Shown: positions 1 through 9,845, numbered from the stretch's first letter. The stretch is 64,000 nt of DNA from Trypanosoma brucei (GCA_000002445.1 CH464491.1:2912001-2976000), one strand, 5' to 3'. Notes: generated from the sequence alone by a model not told the origin. Made by a program: numbers and translations.

Positions 1-3
1 AAG

Positions 4-1605
4 GTGAAGCCACTTTCTGGTGATCATTTGCGGGGGAAAACAGAGGTGCGAAGCGATTGCTGGCCTTGTGGCTGCAAGAGAACGTTTGTGTTGAGTCCTG
101 TTGACGGTGAATACGGATGCTCCGCGTTGCCGAAGGAGGATGCATCGAAGACTATTTCAAAGGCCAGCGAGAACGTTAAGGAGCAAGCTACCACTGGCGC
201 ACAAATACCAGTACAACCCGCAGCAACACCATTTAAGAGTGTATTTGATACACAGAGCAGTGGAGATGCGAAACCACCTGCAGCAACACCATTTAAGAGT
301 GTGTTTGGTACACAGAGCAGTGGAGATGCGAAACCACCTGCAGCAACACCATTTAAGAGTGTGTTTGGTACACAGAGCAGTGGAGATGCGAAACCACCTG
401 CAGCAACACCATTTAAGAGTGTATTTGATACACAGAGCAGTGGAGATGCGAAACCACCTGCAGCAACACCATTTAAGAGTGTATTTGGTACACAGAGCAG
501 TGGAGATGCGAAACCACCTGCAGCAACACCATTTAAGAGTGTATTTGATACACAGAGCAGTGGAGATGCGAAACCACCTGCAGCAACACCATTTAAGAGT
601 GTGTTTGGTACACAGAGCAGTGGAGATGCGAAACCACCTGCAGCAACACCATTTAAGAGTGTGTTTGGTACACAGAGCAGTGGAGATGCGAAACCACCTG
701 CAGCAACACCATTTAAGAGTGTATTTGGTACACAGAGCAGTGGAGATGCGAAACCACCTGCAGCAACACCATTTAAGAGTGTATTTGATACACAGAGCAG
801 TGGAGATGCGAAACCACCTGCAGCAACACCATTTAAGAGTGTATTTGATACACAGAGCAGTGGAGATGCGAAACCACCTGCAGCAACGCCATTTAAGAGT
901 GTGTTTGGTACACAGAGCAGTGGAGATGCGAAACCACCTGCAGCAACACCATTTAAGAGTGTGTTTGGTACACAGAGCAGTGGAGATGCGAAACCACCCG
1001 CAGCAACACCATTTAAGAGTGTGTTTGGTACACAGAGCAGTGGAGATGCGAAACCACCCGCAGCAACACCATTTAAGAGTGTATTTGGTACACAGAGCAG
1101 TGGAGATGCGAAACCACCCGCAGCAACACCATTTAAGAGTGTATTTGGTACACAGAGCAGTGGAGATGCGAATTGTCGAGGGGGTGTTGTTTCCATTTGT
1201 TTAGATGGTGAAAGTTCTGTGACTAATTCTGCTTCTTCCAGTTGTCGCTCCACAGTTCAGGCTAATATTTTACATGATAGTGTTGGTGGGGGAGTTGTTT
1301 GTGTGGCTGATGATTTGAGTGGATACCAGAGCAATTCTCTTGATGAGGCTCTGAACGTTACGGGCCTCTCTCCCCTTTTTTCTGCTTTTGAGAGGATGAT
1401 GAATGACGCGAAGGAAAAGGTGTTGTCAGCCTTGAAGGAGGAGTTGAATCAAATGGTTTCCTGTGTTGGTGGCCGTGATTGCTGTAAGTGCGGAAGGGCA
1501 ATCCAAAGTGGTAGGGAAGTAAAGGAGAATTATAGGGGTAGAAATAAGTCCGGTGATAAAATAATGTGGGCTCATTTGGAGAATGCTTTCACTAAACCCT
1601 ATTGA
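4..1605 (+). CDS. FG-repeat protein, 3' part of a gene that starts upstream of the window (nucleoporin-like); 16 x 20-aa 'PAATPFKSVF(G/D)TQSSGDAKP' repeats followed by a unique Cys-containing tail
   Basis: The frame is open from the window edge (the track 'M' is a GTG, not a real start). There are 16 near-identical 60-nt tandem units encoding an xFG-type peptide (SVFG). It is co-oriented with the downstream genes. Stop codon at 1603-1605. Confidence 0.6.
   Translation: MKPLSGDHLRGKTEVRSDCWPCGCKRTFVLSPVDGEYGCSALPKEDASKTISKASENVKEQATTGAQIPVQPAATPFKSVFDTQSSGDAKPPAATPFKSVFGTQSSGDAKPPAATPFKSVFGTQSSGDAKPPAATPFKSVFDTQSSGDAKPPAATPFKSVFGTQSSGDAKPPAATPFKSVFDTQSSGDAKPPAATPFKSVFGTQSSGDAKPPAATPFKSVFGTQSSGDAKPPAATPFKSVFGTQSSGDAKPPAATPFKSVFDTQSSGDAKPPAATPFKSVFDTQSSGDAKPPAATPFKSVFGTQSSGDAKPPAATPFKSVFGTQSSGDAKPPAATPFKSVFGTQSSGDAKPPAATPFKSVFGTQSSGDAKPPAATPFKSVFGTQSSGDANCRGGVVSICLDGESSVTNSASSSCRSTVQANILHDSVGGGVVCVADDLSGYQSNSLDEALNVTGLSPLFSAFERMMNDAKEKVLSALKEELNQMVSCVGGRDCCKCGRAIQSGREVKENYRGRNKSGDKIMWAHLENAFTKPY
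215..1172 (+). repeat. Tandem array of ~16 x 60-nt coding repeats, with two unit variants: gtatttgata (D) and gtgtttggta (G)
   Basis: Direct reading: the unit 'gcagcaacaccatttaagagtgtRtttgRtacacagagcagtggagatgcgaaaccacct' repeats with only 2-3 variable positions. The unit order is D,G,G,D,G,D,G,G,G,D,D,G,G,G,G,G. Confidence 0.9.
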
Positions 1606-1757
1606 ATTTATTGAAGTGTTACTTTGATGCTAATCACCTTCTGTTGCAAGCGCTGGTGATATAAATTGTTAGTGGGTTTGTTGCGTGTTGACCTTTCTGC
1701 TCCTTCCAAATAATCACTTACTCTACCTGCAGTTCGTGTAACAGATAAAAGGTGTAG

Positions 1758-4700
1758 ATGTCCCTGGACCCCCGTTCCTGTGACGCCATTTGTGAAGAAC
1801 TTCATGCAGAATCGTGCATCTGTGACGGAGCTGGCATTCTCAATTTATGTCGACAGGTAAAAGAACTTCGAGTTGGAATTCGCCGTCTGCTTACTGAAGA
1901 CATACCGACTCTTGGAGACATCATCACAGAATTTCAAGAGCCACACCTGAGGGAGTTTAGGGACTTCCACCGTGGTGCCAGAAGAGATAATGTTGTCAGA
2001 ACTCCAACCGATATAGTTTTTGCCACAACATCACTCCTGCGTTGTTGCAACGAACTGAGTTCCAATGTTACGAGAGGATTCAACCGCCTAGCCAATAAGG
2101 AAACTGTTAAACTTAATACCCATGCAATCGGTTACGCACCTATATTTTCCAGAGAGAAATATAGCAGTTATCCACCCGCAACTGTGGAGACAGAGAAAAA
2201 CGAAAACAGAACAAAAGATAAGAAATTAAACAGTAATCATTGCGCAGCGCCACAGGTAAAAGCGGGTGGCGAGAAAGAGGGAAAAGCTAACCCGCAAGCA
2301 AGACACGAAACAAGTAGATCACTGGTGTCACAAAAAGAAATTTTGACATCTCGGCTAACTACTGTAGACAAGTATCCTGCATTTGGTCAAGCAATTACTG
2401 AAGATAAGCCTCTCGCATTTGGTCAAGGTGCGACTGCAGATAAGCCTCCCGCATTTGGTCAAGGAGTGACTGCAGATAAGCCTCCCGCATTTGGTCAAGG
2501 TGCGGCTGCAGGCACAACTCCCGCATTTGGTCAAGGAGTGACTGCAGGCACAACTCCCGCATTTGGTCAAGGAGTGACTGCAGATAAGCCTCCCGCATTT
2601 GGTCAAGGTGCGGCTGCAGATAAGCCTCCCGCATTTGGTCAAGGAGTGAATGCAGATAAGCCTCCCGCATTTGGTCAAGGAGTGAATGCAGATAAGCCTC
2701 CCGCATTTGGTCAAGGAGTGACTGCAGATAAGCCTCCCGCATTTGGTCAAGGAGTGACTGCAGATAAGCCTCCCGCATTTGGTCAAGGTGCGGCTGCAGA
2801 TAAGCCTCTCGCATTTGGTCAAGGTGCGACTGCAGATAAGCCTCCCGCATTTGGTCAAGGAGTGACTGCAGATAAGCCTCCCGCATTTGGTCAAGGTGCG
2901 GCTGCAGATAAGCCTCCCGCATTTGGTCAAGGAGTGACTGCAGGCACAACTCCCGCATTTGGTCAAGGAGTGACTGCAGATAAGCCTCCCGCATTTGGTC
3001 AAGGAGTGAATGCAGATAAGCCTCCCGCATTTGGTCAAGGAGTGAATGCAGGCACAACTCCCGCATTTGGTCAAGGAGTGACTGCAGGCACAACTCCCGC
3101 ATTTGGTCAAGGAGTGACTGCAGGCACAACTCCCGCATTTGGTCAAGGTGCGGCTGCAGATAAGCCTCCCGCATTTGGTCAAGGAGTGAATGCAGATAAG
3201 CCTCCCGCATTTGGTCAAGGAGTGACTGCAGGCACAACTCCCGCATTTGGTCAAGGAGTGAATGCAGATAAGCCTCCCGCATTTGGTCAAGGAGTGACTG
3301 CAGGCACAACTCCCGCATTTGGTCAAGGAGCGGCTGCAGATAAGACTCCCGCATTTGGTCAAGGAGTGACTGCAGATAAACCTCCCGCATTTGGTCAAGG
3401 AGTGACTGCAGGCACAACTCCCGCATTTGGTCAAGGAGTGACTGCAGGCACAACTCCCGCATTTGGTCAAGGAGTGACTGCAGATAAGCCTCCCGCATTT
3501 GGTCAAGGAGTGAATGCAGATAAGCCTCCCGCATTTGGTCAAGGAGTGACTGCAGGCACAACTCCCGCATTTGGTCAAGGAGCGGCTGCAGGCACAACTC
3601 CCGCATTTGGTCAAGGAGTGAATGCAGATAAGCCTCCCGCATTTGGTCAAGGAGTGACTGCAGATAAGCCTCCTGCATTTGGTCAAGGTGCGGCTGCAGG
3701 CACAACTCCCGCATTTGGTCAAGGAGTGAATGCAGATAAGCCTCCCGCATTTGGTCAAGGAGCGGCTGCAGGCACAACTCCCGCATTTGGTCAAGGAGTG
3801 AATGCAGATAAGCCTCCCGCATTTGGTCAAGGAGCGGCTGCAGATAAGCCTCCTGCATTTGGTCAAGGTGCGGCTGCAGATAAGCCTCCTGCATTTGGTC
3901 AAGGTGCGGCTGCAGGCACAACTCCCGCATTTGGTCAAGGAGTGAATGCAGATAAGCCTCCTGCATTTGGTCAAGGTGCGGCTGCAGGCACAACTCCCGC
4001 ATTTGGTCAAGGAGTGACTGCAGATAAGACTCCCGCATTTGGTCAAGGTGTGGCTGCAGATAAGCCTCCCGCATTTGGTCAAGGTGTGGCTGCAGATAAG
4101 CCTCCCGCATTTGGTCAAGGTGCGGCTGCGAATAAAGCTTCTGTATTTGGTCAAGGAGTGACTGCAGGCACAACTCCCGCATTTGGTCAAGGAGTGGCTG
4201 CAGATAAGCCTCCCGCATTTGGTCAAGGTGTGGCTGCAGATAAGCCTCCCGCATTTGGTCAAGGTGCGGCTGCGAATAAAGCTTCAGCATTTGGTCAAGG
4301 AGTGACTGCAGGCACAACTCCCGCATTTGGTCAAGGAGTGGCTGCAGATAAGCCTCCCGTATTTGGTCAAGGTGTGGCTGCAGATAAGCCTCCCGCATTT
4401 GGTCAAGGTGCGGCTGCGAATAAAGCTTCTGTATTTGGTCAAGGAGTGACTGCAGGCACAACTCCCGCATTTGGTCAAGGAGTGGCTGCAGATAAGCCTC
4501 CCGTATTTGGTCAAGGAGTGACTGCAGATAAGCCTCCCGCATTTGGTCAAGGAGTGACTGCAGATAAGCCTCCCGCATTTGGTCAAGGAGTGGCTGCAGA
4601 TAAGCCTCCCGTATTTGGTCAAGGAGTGGCTGCAGATAAGCCTCCCGCATTTGGTCAAGGTGCGGCTGCGAATAAAGCTTCAGCATTTGGTCAAGGAGTG

Positions 4701-6152
4701 ACTGCAGGCACAACTCCCGCATTTGGTCAAGGAGTGGCTGCAGATAAGCCTCCCGCATTTGGTCAAGGTGCGGCTGCAGGCACAACTCCCGCATTTGGTC
4801 AAGGAGTGACTGCAGGCACAACTCCCGCATTTGGTCAAGGAGTGACTGCAGGCACAACTCCCGCATTTGGTCAAGGTGCGGCTGCGAATAAAGCTTCAGT
4901 ATTTGGTCAAGGAGTGACTGCAGGCACAACTCCCGCATTTGGTCAAGGAGTAACTGCAGGCACAACTCCCGCATTTGGTCAAGGTGCGACTGCAGGCACA
5001 ACTCCCGCATTTGGTCAAGGAGTGACTGCAGGCACAACTCCCGCATTTGGTCAAGGAGTAACTGCAGGCACAACTCCCGCATTTGGTCAAGGTGCTGCTG
5101 CGAATAAAGCTTCAGTATTTGGTCAAGGTGTGGCTGCAGATAAGCCTCCCGCATTTGGTCAAGGTGTGGCTGCAGATAAGCCTCCCGCATTTGGTCAAGG
5201 TGCTGCTGCGAATAAAGCTTCAGTATTTGGTCAAGGTGCTGCTGCGAATAAAGCTTCAGTATTTGGTCAAGGAGTGGCTGCAGATAAGCCTCCCGCATTT
5301 GGTCAAGGTGCTGCTGCGAATAAAGCTTCAGTATTTGGTCAAGGTGCGGCTGCAGGCACAACTCCCGCATTTGGTCAAGGTGCGGCTGCAGATAAGCCTC
5401 CTGCATTTGGTCAAGGTGCGGCTGCAGGCACAACTCCCGCATTTGGTCAAGGAGTGACTGCAGGCACAACTCCCGCATTTGGTCAAGGAGCTGCTGCGAA
5501 TAAAGCTTCAGTATTTGGTCAAGGTGCGGCTGCAGGCACAACTCCCGCATTTGGTCAAGGTGCGGCTGCAGGCACAACTCCCGCATTTGGTCAAGGTGCG
5601 GCTGCAGGCACAACGCCCGCATTTGGTCAAGGTGCGGCTGCAGGCACAACTCCCGCATTTGGTCAAGGTGCGGCTGCAGGCACAACTCCCGCATTTGGTC
5701 AAGGAGTGACTGCAGGCACAACTCCCGCATTTGGTCAAGGTGCGGCTGCAGGCACAACTCCCGCATTTGGTCAAGGTGCGGCTGCGAATAAAGCTTCAGT
5801 ATTTGGTCAAGGAGTGACTGCAGGCACAACTCCCGCATTTGGTCAAGGTGCTGGTGGGTGTGTATCCAACTCTGTCTTTGGGACGACTCCGGCAAGCGGT
5901 GGATGTGAATTGGGTACAATATGTGGATTCGGCTCTGACCCGAGTGGAGTGAAGTCGTTGCGTGTTAACCTTGGTGCTAATTGCGGTGTAGGGACTCCTT
6001 CTGTTTTTGGTGTGCCCGGTCATGTTTCGAGTCCGCAAGTTGCTCCCTTTGGTTCCGCTGCTACGTCTCATGTTTTTCAGTCTTCTTCTTTTTCTAGTAT
6101 TGCCGGCAATTATAAGGCCACACCTGATTTTAAAAGTGTCTTTTCGCAGTAG
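1758..6152 (+). CDS. FG-repeat nucleoporin-like protein (about 97 x 12-aa 'PAFGQG[VA][TAN]A[DGN][KT][PTAS]' repeats); possible TbNup149-family orthologue
   Basis: ATG at 1758. The ~200-aa unique N-terminus is followed by ~3.5 kb of 36-nt in-frame tandem repeats, each carrying an FG dipeptide. The short unique C-terminus also contains FG/GFG. It sits immediately upstream of GNA1, matching my recollection of T. brucei chromosome 11 synteny, but this was not verified by search. Confidence 0.7.
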   Translation: MSLDPRSCDAICEELHAESCICDGAGILNLCRQVKELRVGIRRLLTEDIPTLGDIITEFQEPHLREFRDFHRGARRDNVVRTPTDIVFATTSLLRCCNELSSNVTRGFNRLANKETVKLNTHAIGYAPIFSREKYSSYPPATVETEKNENRTKDKKLNSNHCAAPQVKAGGEKEGKANPQARHETSRSLVSQKEILTSRLTTVDKYPAFGQAITEDKPLAFGQGATADKPPAFGQGVTADKPPAFGQGAAAGTTPAFGQGVTAGTTPAFGQGVTADKPPAFGQGAAADKPPAFGQGVNADKPPAFGQGVNADKPPAFGQGVTADKPPAFGQGVTADKPPAFGQGAAADKPLAFGQGATADKPPAFGQGVTADKPPAFGQGAAADKPPAFGQGVTAGTTPAFGQGVTADKPPAFGQGVNADKPPAFGQGVNAGTTPAFGQGVTAGTTPAFGQGVTAGTTPAFGQGAAADKPPAFGQGVNADKPPAFGQGVTAGTTPAFGQGVNADKPPAFGQGVTAGTTPAFGQGAAADKTPAFGQGVTADKPPAFGQGVTAGTTPAFGQGVTAGTTPAFGQGVTADKPPAFGQGVNADKPPAFGQGVTAGTTPAFGQGAAAGTTPAFGQGVNADKPPAFGQGVTADKPPAFGQGAAAGTTPAFGQGVNADKPPAFGQGAAAGTTPAFGQGVNADKPPAFGQGAAADKPPAFGQGAAADKPPAFGQGAAAGTTPAFGQGVNADKPPAFGQGAAAGTTPAFGQGVTADKTPAFGQGVAADKPPAFGQGVAADKPPAFGQGAAANKASVFGQGVTAGTTPAFGQGVAADKPPAFGQGVAADKPPAFGQGAAANKASAFGQGVTAGTTPAFGQGVAADKPPVFGQGVAADKPPAFGQGAAANKASVFGQGVTAGTTPAFGQGVAADKPPVFGQGVTADKPPAFGQGVTADKPPAFGQGVAADKPPVFGQGVAADKPPAFGQGAAANKASAFGQGVTAGTTPAFGQGVAADKPPAFGQGAAAGTTPAFGQGVTAGTTPAFGQGVTAGTTPAFGQGAAANKASVFGQGVTAGTTPAFGQGVTAGTTPAFGQGATAGTTPAFGQGVTAGTTPAFGQGVTAGTTPAFGQGAAANKASVFGQGVAADKPPAFGQGVAADKPPAFGQGAAANKASVFGQGAAANKASVFGQGVAADKPPAFGQGAAANKASVFGQGAAAGTTPAFGQGAAADKPPAFGQGAAAGTTPAFGQGVTAGTTPAFGQGAAANKASVFGQGAAAGTTPAFGQGAAAGTTPAFGQGAAAGTTPAFGQGAAAGTTPAFGQGAAAGTTPAFGQGVTAGTTPAFGQGAAAGTTPAFGQGAAANKASVFGQGVTAGTTPAFGQGAGGCVSNSVFGTTPASGGCELGTICGFGSDPSGVKSLRVNLGANCGVGTPSVFGVPGHVSSPQVAPFGSAATSHVFQSSSFSSIAGNYKATPDFKSVFSQ
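2368..5853 (+). repeat. Tandem array of ~96-97 x 36-nt coding repeats (FG-repeat module)
   Basis: Strict 36-nt periodicity, 'cc(t/c)gcatttggtcaagg(a/t)g(t/c)g(a/g)(c/a)tgcag(ataag|gcaca)(c/a)c(t/a)c'. A few variant cassettes are used combinatorially: VTADKP, AAADKP, VNADKP, VAADKP, VTAGTT, AAAGTT and AAANKAS. Confidence 0.95.
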
Positions 6153-6335
6153 AAGTTTATGGTTATGGGAGGTAACTAAAAAATCATGTGAATGAGGTGC
6201 TTAAATATTTTTGTTATTATACTTAAATTTCGTTAGATGATGTTCTTTGTGAAGGCGCTTTCGTTTGTTGTTTTGATGTGTAGTTCTTAGAGGTTATTCT
6301 TGCTAGCATCAGGACGAAAGTTGTGAAGCTATACA

Positions 6336-6779
6336 ATGACCGATATAGTGGACCTGGAACTTAGGGTGTTGGAGGAGAGTGACTTGTCCAGTCACTTGGA
6401 GCTGTTGGGGCATCTGACTGAGGCACCACCGTTGAGCGGGGTCGAACTCGCGAACATCGCGGACATGCGGAGGAGAGCTGGAATTGTAACTAAAGTGTTC
6501 TGTCACCAACCAACTGGAGGGATTGTGGGGTCAGCATCTCTAATGATTCAACCGAAATTCACTCGTGGCGGTAGGGCTGTAGGACACATTGAAGATGTCG
6601 TTGTAGACCCCTCGTACAGAGGGGCTGGACTTGGCAAAGCACTTATCATGGACCTTTGCGAAATATCTAGGTCGAAAGGTTGCTACAAAGTGATACTCGA
6701 CAGTTCTGAAAAGTCGCTTCCGTTCTACGAAAAGTTGGGGTTTCGAGCACATGAGAGACAAATGAGGCTGGATTTGTAG
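6336..6779 (+). CDS. GNA1: Glucosamine-6-phosphate N-acetyltransferase (GNAT family, GNA1)
   Basis: 147 aa. GNAT motif A 'GHIEDVVVDPSYRGAGLGKALI' and the C-terminal 'YEKLGF' are typical of GNA1 enzymes. Clean ATG start and stop. Confidence 0.8.
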   Translation: MTDIVDLELRVLEESDLSSHLELLGHLTEAPPLSGVELANIADMRRRAGIVTKVFCHQPTGGIVGSASLMIQPKFTRGGRAVGHIEDVVVDPSYRGAGLGKALIMDLCEISRSKGCYKVILDSSEKSLPFYEKLGFRAHERQMRLDL

Positions 6780-7020
6780 TTTTTTTTGTCTGCATTTTCG
6801 ATTTAACATGAGTATTCACTTATCTACTTTCAGCAAAGTGGTGGGGGTTACTGATGAAACGTAATGGGGAGAGACTGAGGTTATAGAGCGGCAAGTCAAC
6901 ATTGCATCCTGCCTTCGCATGTGTGCTCGTTCTATTATATCTGTGCTTGTGCGCTGTTTCTATTCTTCTGCTTTCTCACTCTTTACCATCAGTGTGTTTA
7001 CGTAGGATATCAACATTTTC

Positions 7021-8127
7021 ATGCACCGGGGGAGCCAACTTGACGTAGATCGGTACAGTGTTGTAAAGCACCTTGGAAGTGGGGGATTTGGTGATGCATT
7101 CCTTGTAAAGGATGCTAACGATGGCATGGAGTATGTGCTGAAGTGTTCAAAAACTGTTGGCAGTAATGACACACTGTTGTCCGAGGCACAGAATCTCTTG
7201 CTCACAACATGTGACCATGTTGTGCACTGTTTTGGTGTTTGGTTGGAACCTATGGGTAACAGGTGCTGTATGCTACTTGAATACTGTGATGGGGGGGACT
7301 TGGAGGATTACCTAAGTTACTCCTTTCCCCTGACAGAATCGGAGCTTGTTTCAATATTTGCGCAGCTGCTATTGGGTCTGGATCACATCCATCTTAAGCA
7401 TCTTATACATAGGGATATCAAATTGCAGAACTTGATGCTACACCGTTCTACGGGAGTTGTGAAGATTGGTGATTTCGGCATGAGCAAAGCTCTTCGCTTT
7501 ACGGACGAGGTCTCTTCCACAAGGCTTGGCACCCCTCTTTACACTTCACCAGAGGTTCTAAAAGGCCTTGGATATACAAGAAAAACAGATGTATGGAGCA
7601 TGGGTGTGGCGTTCTACCGTTTGATGACCAACAGACTTCCGTTCCCAGCTTCCAATGTGGAGGAGATGTATGAAAGCTATAGGACCACCCGGCCCGTGCA
7701 CCCTTGCCGAGTGCACAACGAATATTCCGAACCGCTTGGTGATTTGGTAATGAAGATGCTGACTAAGAGTAGAAGGAAACGGCCGAATGCGCGTGAGCTG
7801 CTTGCTCTTCCACTGTTTACGGAAACACTTAGTGCGCGTCCATGGCATCCGCCCCATCTTCGCGGATCAAACTACTTGTTTTCGTGTCGTCCAATGACCA
7901 ACATCAATATCCGGAGTCTTCCTTCCTTGGCTGCTGAGCGGGTTGGCGAGGTTTCGTATGGTGATCAGGTTCTTGTAAGTGAAGAAGAGGTGAGCAGTGA
8001 GGGTATGATGTGGTACAGGGTTCTTTATCCCCTGGAAGGATACTGCATTACAACTACAGATGGTCATCAGTTATTTCAGCGGGTTAGTGACCCTGCGCGT
8101 TTTCCCCCGATTTCGTCCCTAGAGTGA
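7021..8127 (+). CDS. Serine/threonine protein kinase, NEK-like
   Basis: Gly-loop 'LGSGGFGDAF', the VLK lysine, catalytic loop 'HRDIKLQNLML', 'IGDFGMS' and 'GTPLYTSPEV' (NEK-type activation segment), plus a ~90-aa C-terminal extension. Confidence 0.8.
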   Translation: MHRGSQLDVDRYSVVKHLGSGGFGDAFLVKDANDGMEYVLKCSKTVGSNDTLLSEAQNLLLTTCDHVVHCFGVWLEPMGNRCCMLLEYCDGGDLEDYLSYSFPLTESELVSIFAQLLLGLDHIHLKHLIHRDIKLQNLMLHRSTGVVKIGDFGMSKALRFTDEVSSTRLGTPLYTSPEVLKGLGYTRKTDVWSMGVAFYRLMTNRLPFPASNVEEMYESYRTTRPVHPCRVHNEYSEPLGDLVMKMLTKSRRKRPNARELLALPLFTETLSARPWHPPHLRGSNYLFSCRPMTNINIRSLPSLAAERVGEVSYGDQVLVSEEEVSSEGMMWYRVLYPLEGYCITTTDGHQLFQRVSDPARFPPISSLE

Positions 8128-8652
8128 TATTTATCCTCTTGCTTCATTTTCTGGTGATATAGTGATGGTACATTCAATGTATTATCCCTCATGTTATTTT
8201 TTAAAACTTCCTTTCCTCAACTATTTGTTTTACATCTCTAAGTAAATTGTTGGTTTATTTTGTTCTTCTTAGCTTTCATTGAACTTGTTATTATTTTATC
8301 CTGGAGAGTTGACACAGTTCTGTTGGTAACAATATTTCGTTGTAGTGTCTCTTCACTAGCGGCTGCGACATGCTTTCTTCTCCCCACCTGTTCTGTGGTC
8401 AGGGAAGAGACTGTATGAATCGGGTCGAGAAGACATTCGGCGGAAATAGTTTTTTTTTCTTTTTAAAGCTCTGCTTTTTATCGCAGGCGCAGTGCTTCCG
8501 ATCTTCTTGTTAGAGAAAGGATCCGGGCTCGACAGTCGCGTTGCATCACCACCAGCGATGTCCTTCTTATCTCTGCTCGTTAATCCTTTCTACCCCTCAC
8601 CTTAACAAATACATGGCTCTCTTTTTTTCCTTTTAGGCGCAAAGTTTTGGAA

Positions 8653-9249
8653 ATGCGTTGTGTGAGACGATCTGTTTTGGGCTCACGCGGCTTGAAGCGG
8701 CCCATGTTTAATTACACCCGTATTTTTAGCATGGGGATCACACAGCACACATTTACTGGTGCTCTGCTGGAGGACTTAAGGGCCGGGGGGTGCTGCGGGG
8801 ATCAAACAGAAGACAACCCTGGGAGCTCCCTTCGACATGGGGAGCTCGACCACTTTGAAAGTCCGGAAGCCGAGGCTGCGCACGTTGAGAAGGTGAATAC
8901 CGTAGTTGATGATTTATTTTCCCGGATGCCCTTGCCCGAAGATCCAATGGGGGCTGCGTTGGCCCCAACCAAAGAAGAAATGGAGGAAAAGGCCGAATGG
9001 GATGTGTTAAAGGAGGTTGTGCGTGAGCGATACCAACGCAAGATTGCACTCAAAGAGGCTGAGAGAGTCAGGATTGATAAGGCGATGCAGCATTACCGAG
9101 TGGATAAGGATATTGAGGGGGGAGTCTCAGGTGTAACTGGTGCCACCGGCGATTCTGAAAAAATTCGAAAGAAAATTGAGCGGATGAAACAGGAAATCGT
9201 TGAACTTGAGCGGCGCCTTGAAGCAGCGAACCACGATGATAATTTGTAG
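8653..9249 (+). CDS. Hypothetical protein with a basic presequence-like N-terminus and a C-terminal coiled coil
   Basis: ORF of about 198 aa from the first ATG (the track start at 8647 is TTG). N-terminus 'MRCVRRSVLGSRGLKRPMF' is Arg-rich and looks like a mitochondrial targeting presequence. The C-terminus is charged heptad-like, 'KKIERMKQEIVELERRLEA'. Confidence 0.4.
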   Translation: MRCVRRSVLGSRGLKRPMFNYTRIFSMGITQHTFTGALLEDLRAGGCCGDQTEDNPGSSLRHGELDHFESPEAEAAHVEKVNTVVDDLFSRMPLPEDPMGAALAPTKEEMEEKAEWDVLKEVVRERYQRKIALKEAERVRIDKAMQHYRVDKDIEGGVSGVTGATGDSEKIRKKIERMKQEIVELERRLEAANHDDNL

Positions 9250-9272
9250 TGTCTGCGGAGGTGTGAGGCTTC

Positions 9273-9288
9273 TTTTTTTTTTTTTTTT
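9273..9288 (+). promoter_or_regulatory. T16 homopolymer / polypyrimidine tract in an intergenic region
   Basis: 16 consecutive T residues just 3' of the 8653-9249 ORF's stop codon. A second T-run lies at 9483-9494. Confidence 0.3.
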
Positions 9289-9845
9289 GCCAGATAGTTG
9301 TTCTTTGCCTGTATTCACTGGTGCGTACCCTCATTTCTTATAGTGACCCCCCTGTGGTATGGCCGTTGTGCTGACGGTACCGCAAAACGAATTTGAAACG
9401 GCGTCACATAAAAGATACCGGGGACTGGGGTGTTGTTGAGGTCCGGTGTTGGCTTAAGAGGGATCCGACCAATGGCGTCCTCTTTTTTTTTTTTCTTTAT
9501 TCATGGAGGAGATTACGTTCTGGTGTGCCGGTTGACGGTGTTTTGATGTGGTGCTGTAGGTGGCGCACAGCGCTGCGTAGTTAGCGTTCGGTGGGTTGTA
9601 AGTAGTCCATGGATAAACTGTTGCGGTGTAGCATTGGGAAATGGAGGGCCTAAGCAGATGGCACCCTCTAGGACTCATTAGTCCGTGGCCTTAACCGCTC
9701 TTCTTGCTCTCGTAAACTCTTTGGCTGTTTTTCTTTCTGCATGTTTACCCCGGATAATCTCAACGGGGAAATCAGTGCCTGGCGTACCGTCCCTTTACCG
9801 TATTTGTTTGTAGGTATTTAACCTTGTGGTTGTTTCTGTAGGACG

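Noticed and set aside
4-1605. Zinc-finger-like 'CVGGRDCCKCGRAIQSGREV' at the C-terminus of the first FG-repeat protein (RanBP2-type ZnF, as in some Nups)
   Set aside because: The Cys spacing does not match the W-x-C-x2-4-C-x3-N-x6-C-x2-C RanBP2 consensus, so it was not called.
2368-5853. A regularly spaced 36-nt repeat that looks superficially like a CRISPR array
   Set aside because: There are no unique spacers; the units are directly adjacent and in-frame coding. The context is a eukaryotic kinetoplastid gene. It is a protein-coding tandem repeat, not a CRISPR array.
2355-5919. Very long minus-strand ORFs (635 aa and 1,174 aa) and extra + strand ORFs (5083-5457, 5479-5709) inside the 36-nt repeat array, plus the + frame-2 ORF 101-1204 and minus ORF 24-1253 inside the 60-nt array
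   Set aside because: They are artefacts of perfect tandem repeats, because a stop-free unit is stop-free in several frames. They have no ATG context or proper ends, and they are antisense or out of frame to a gene with clear FG-repeat logic.
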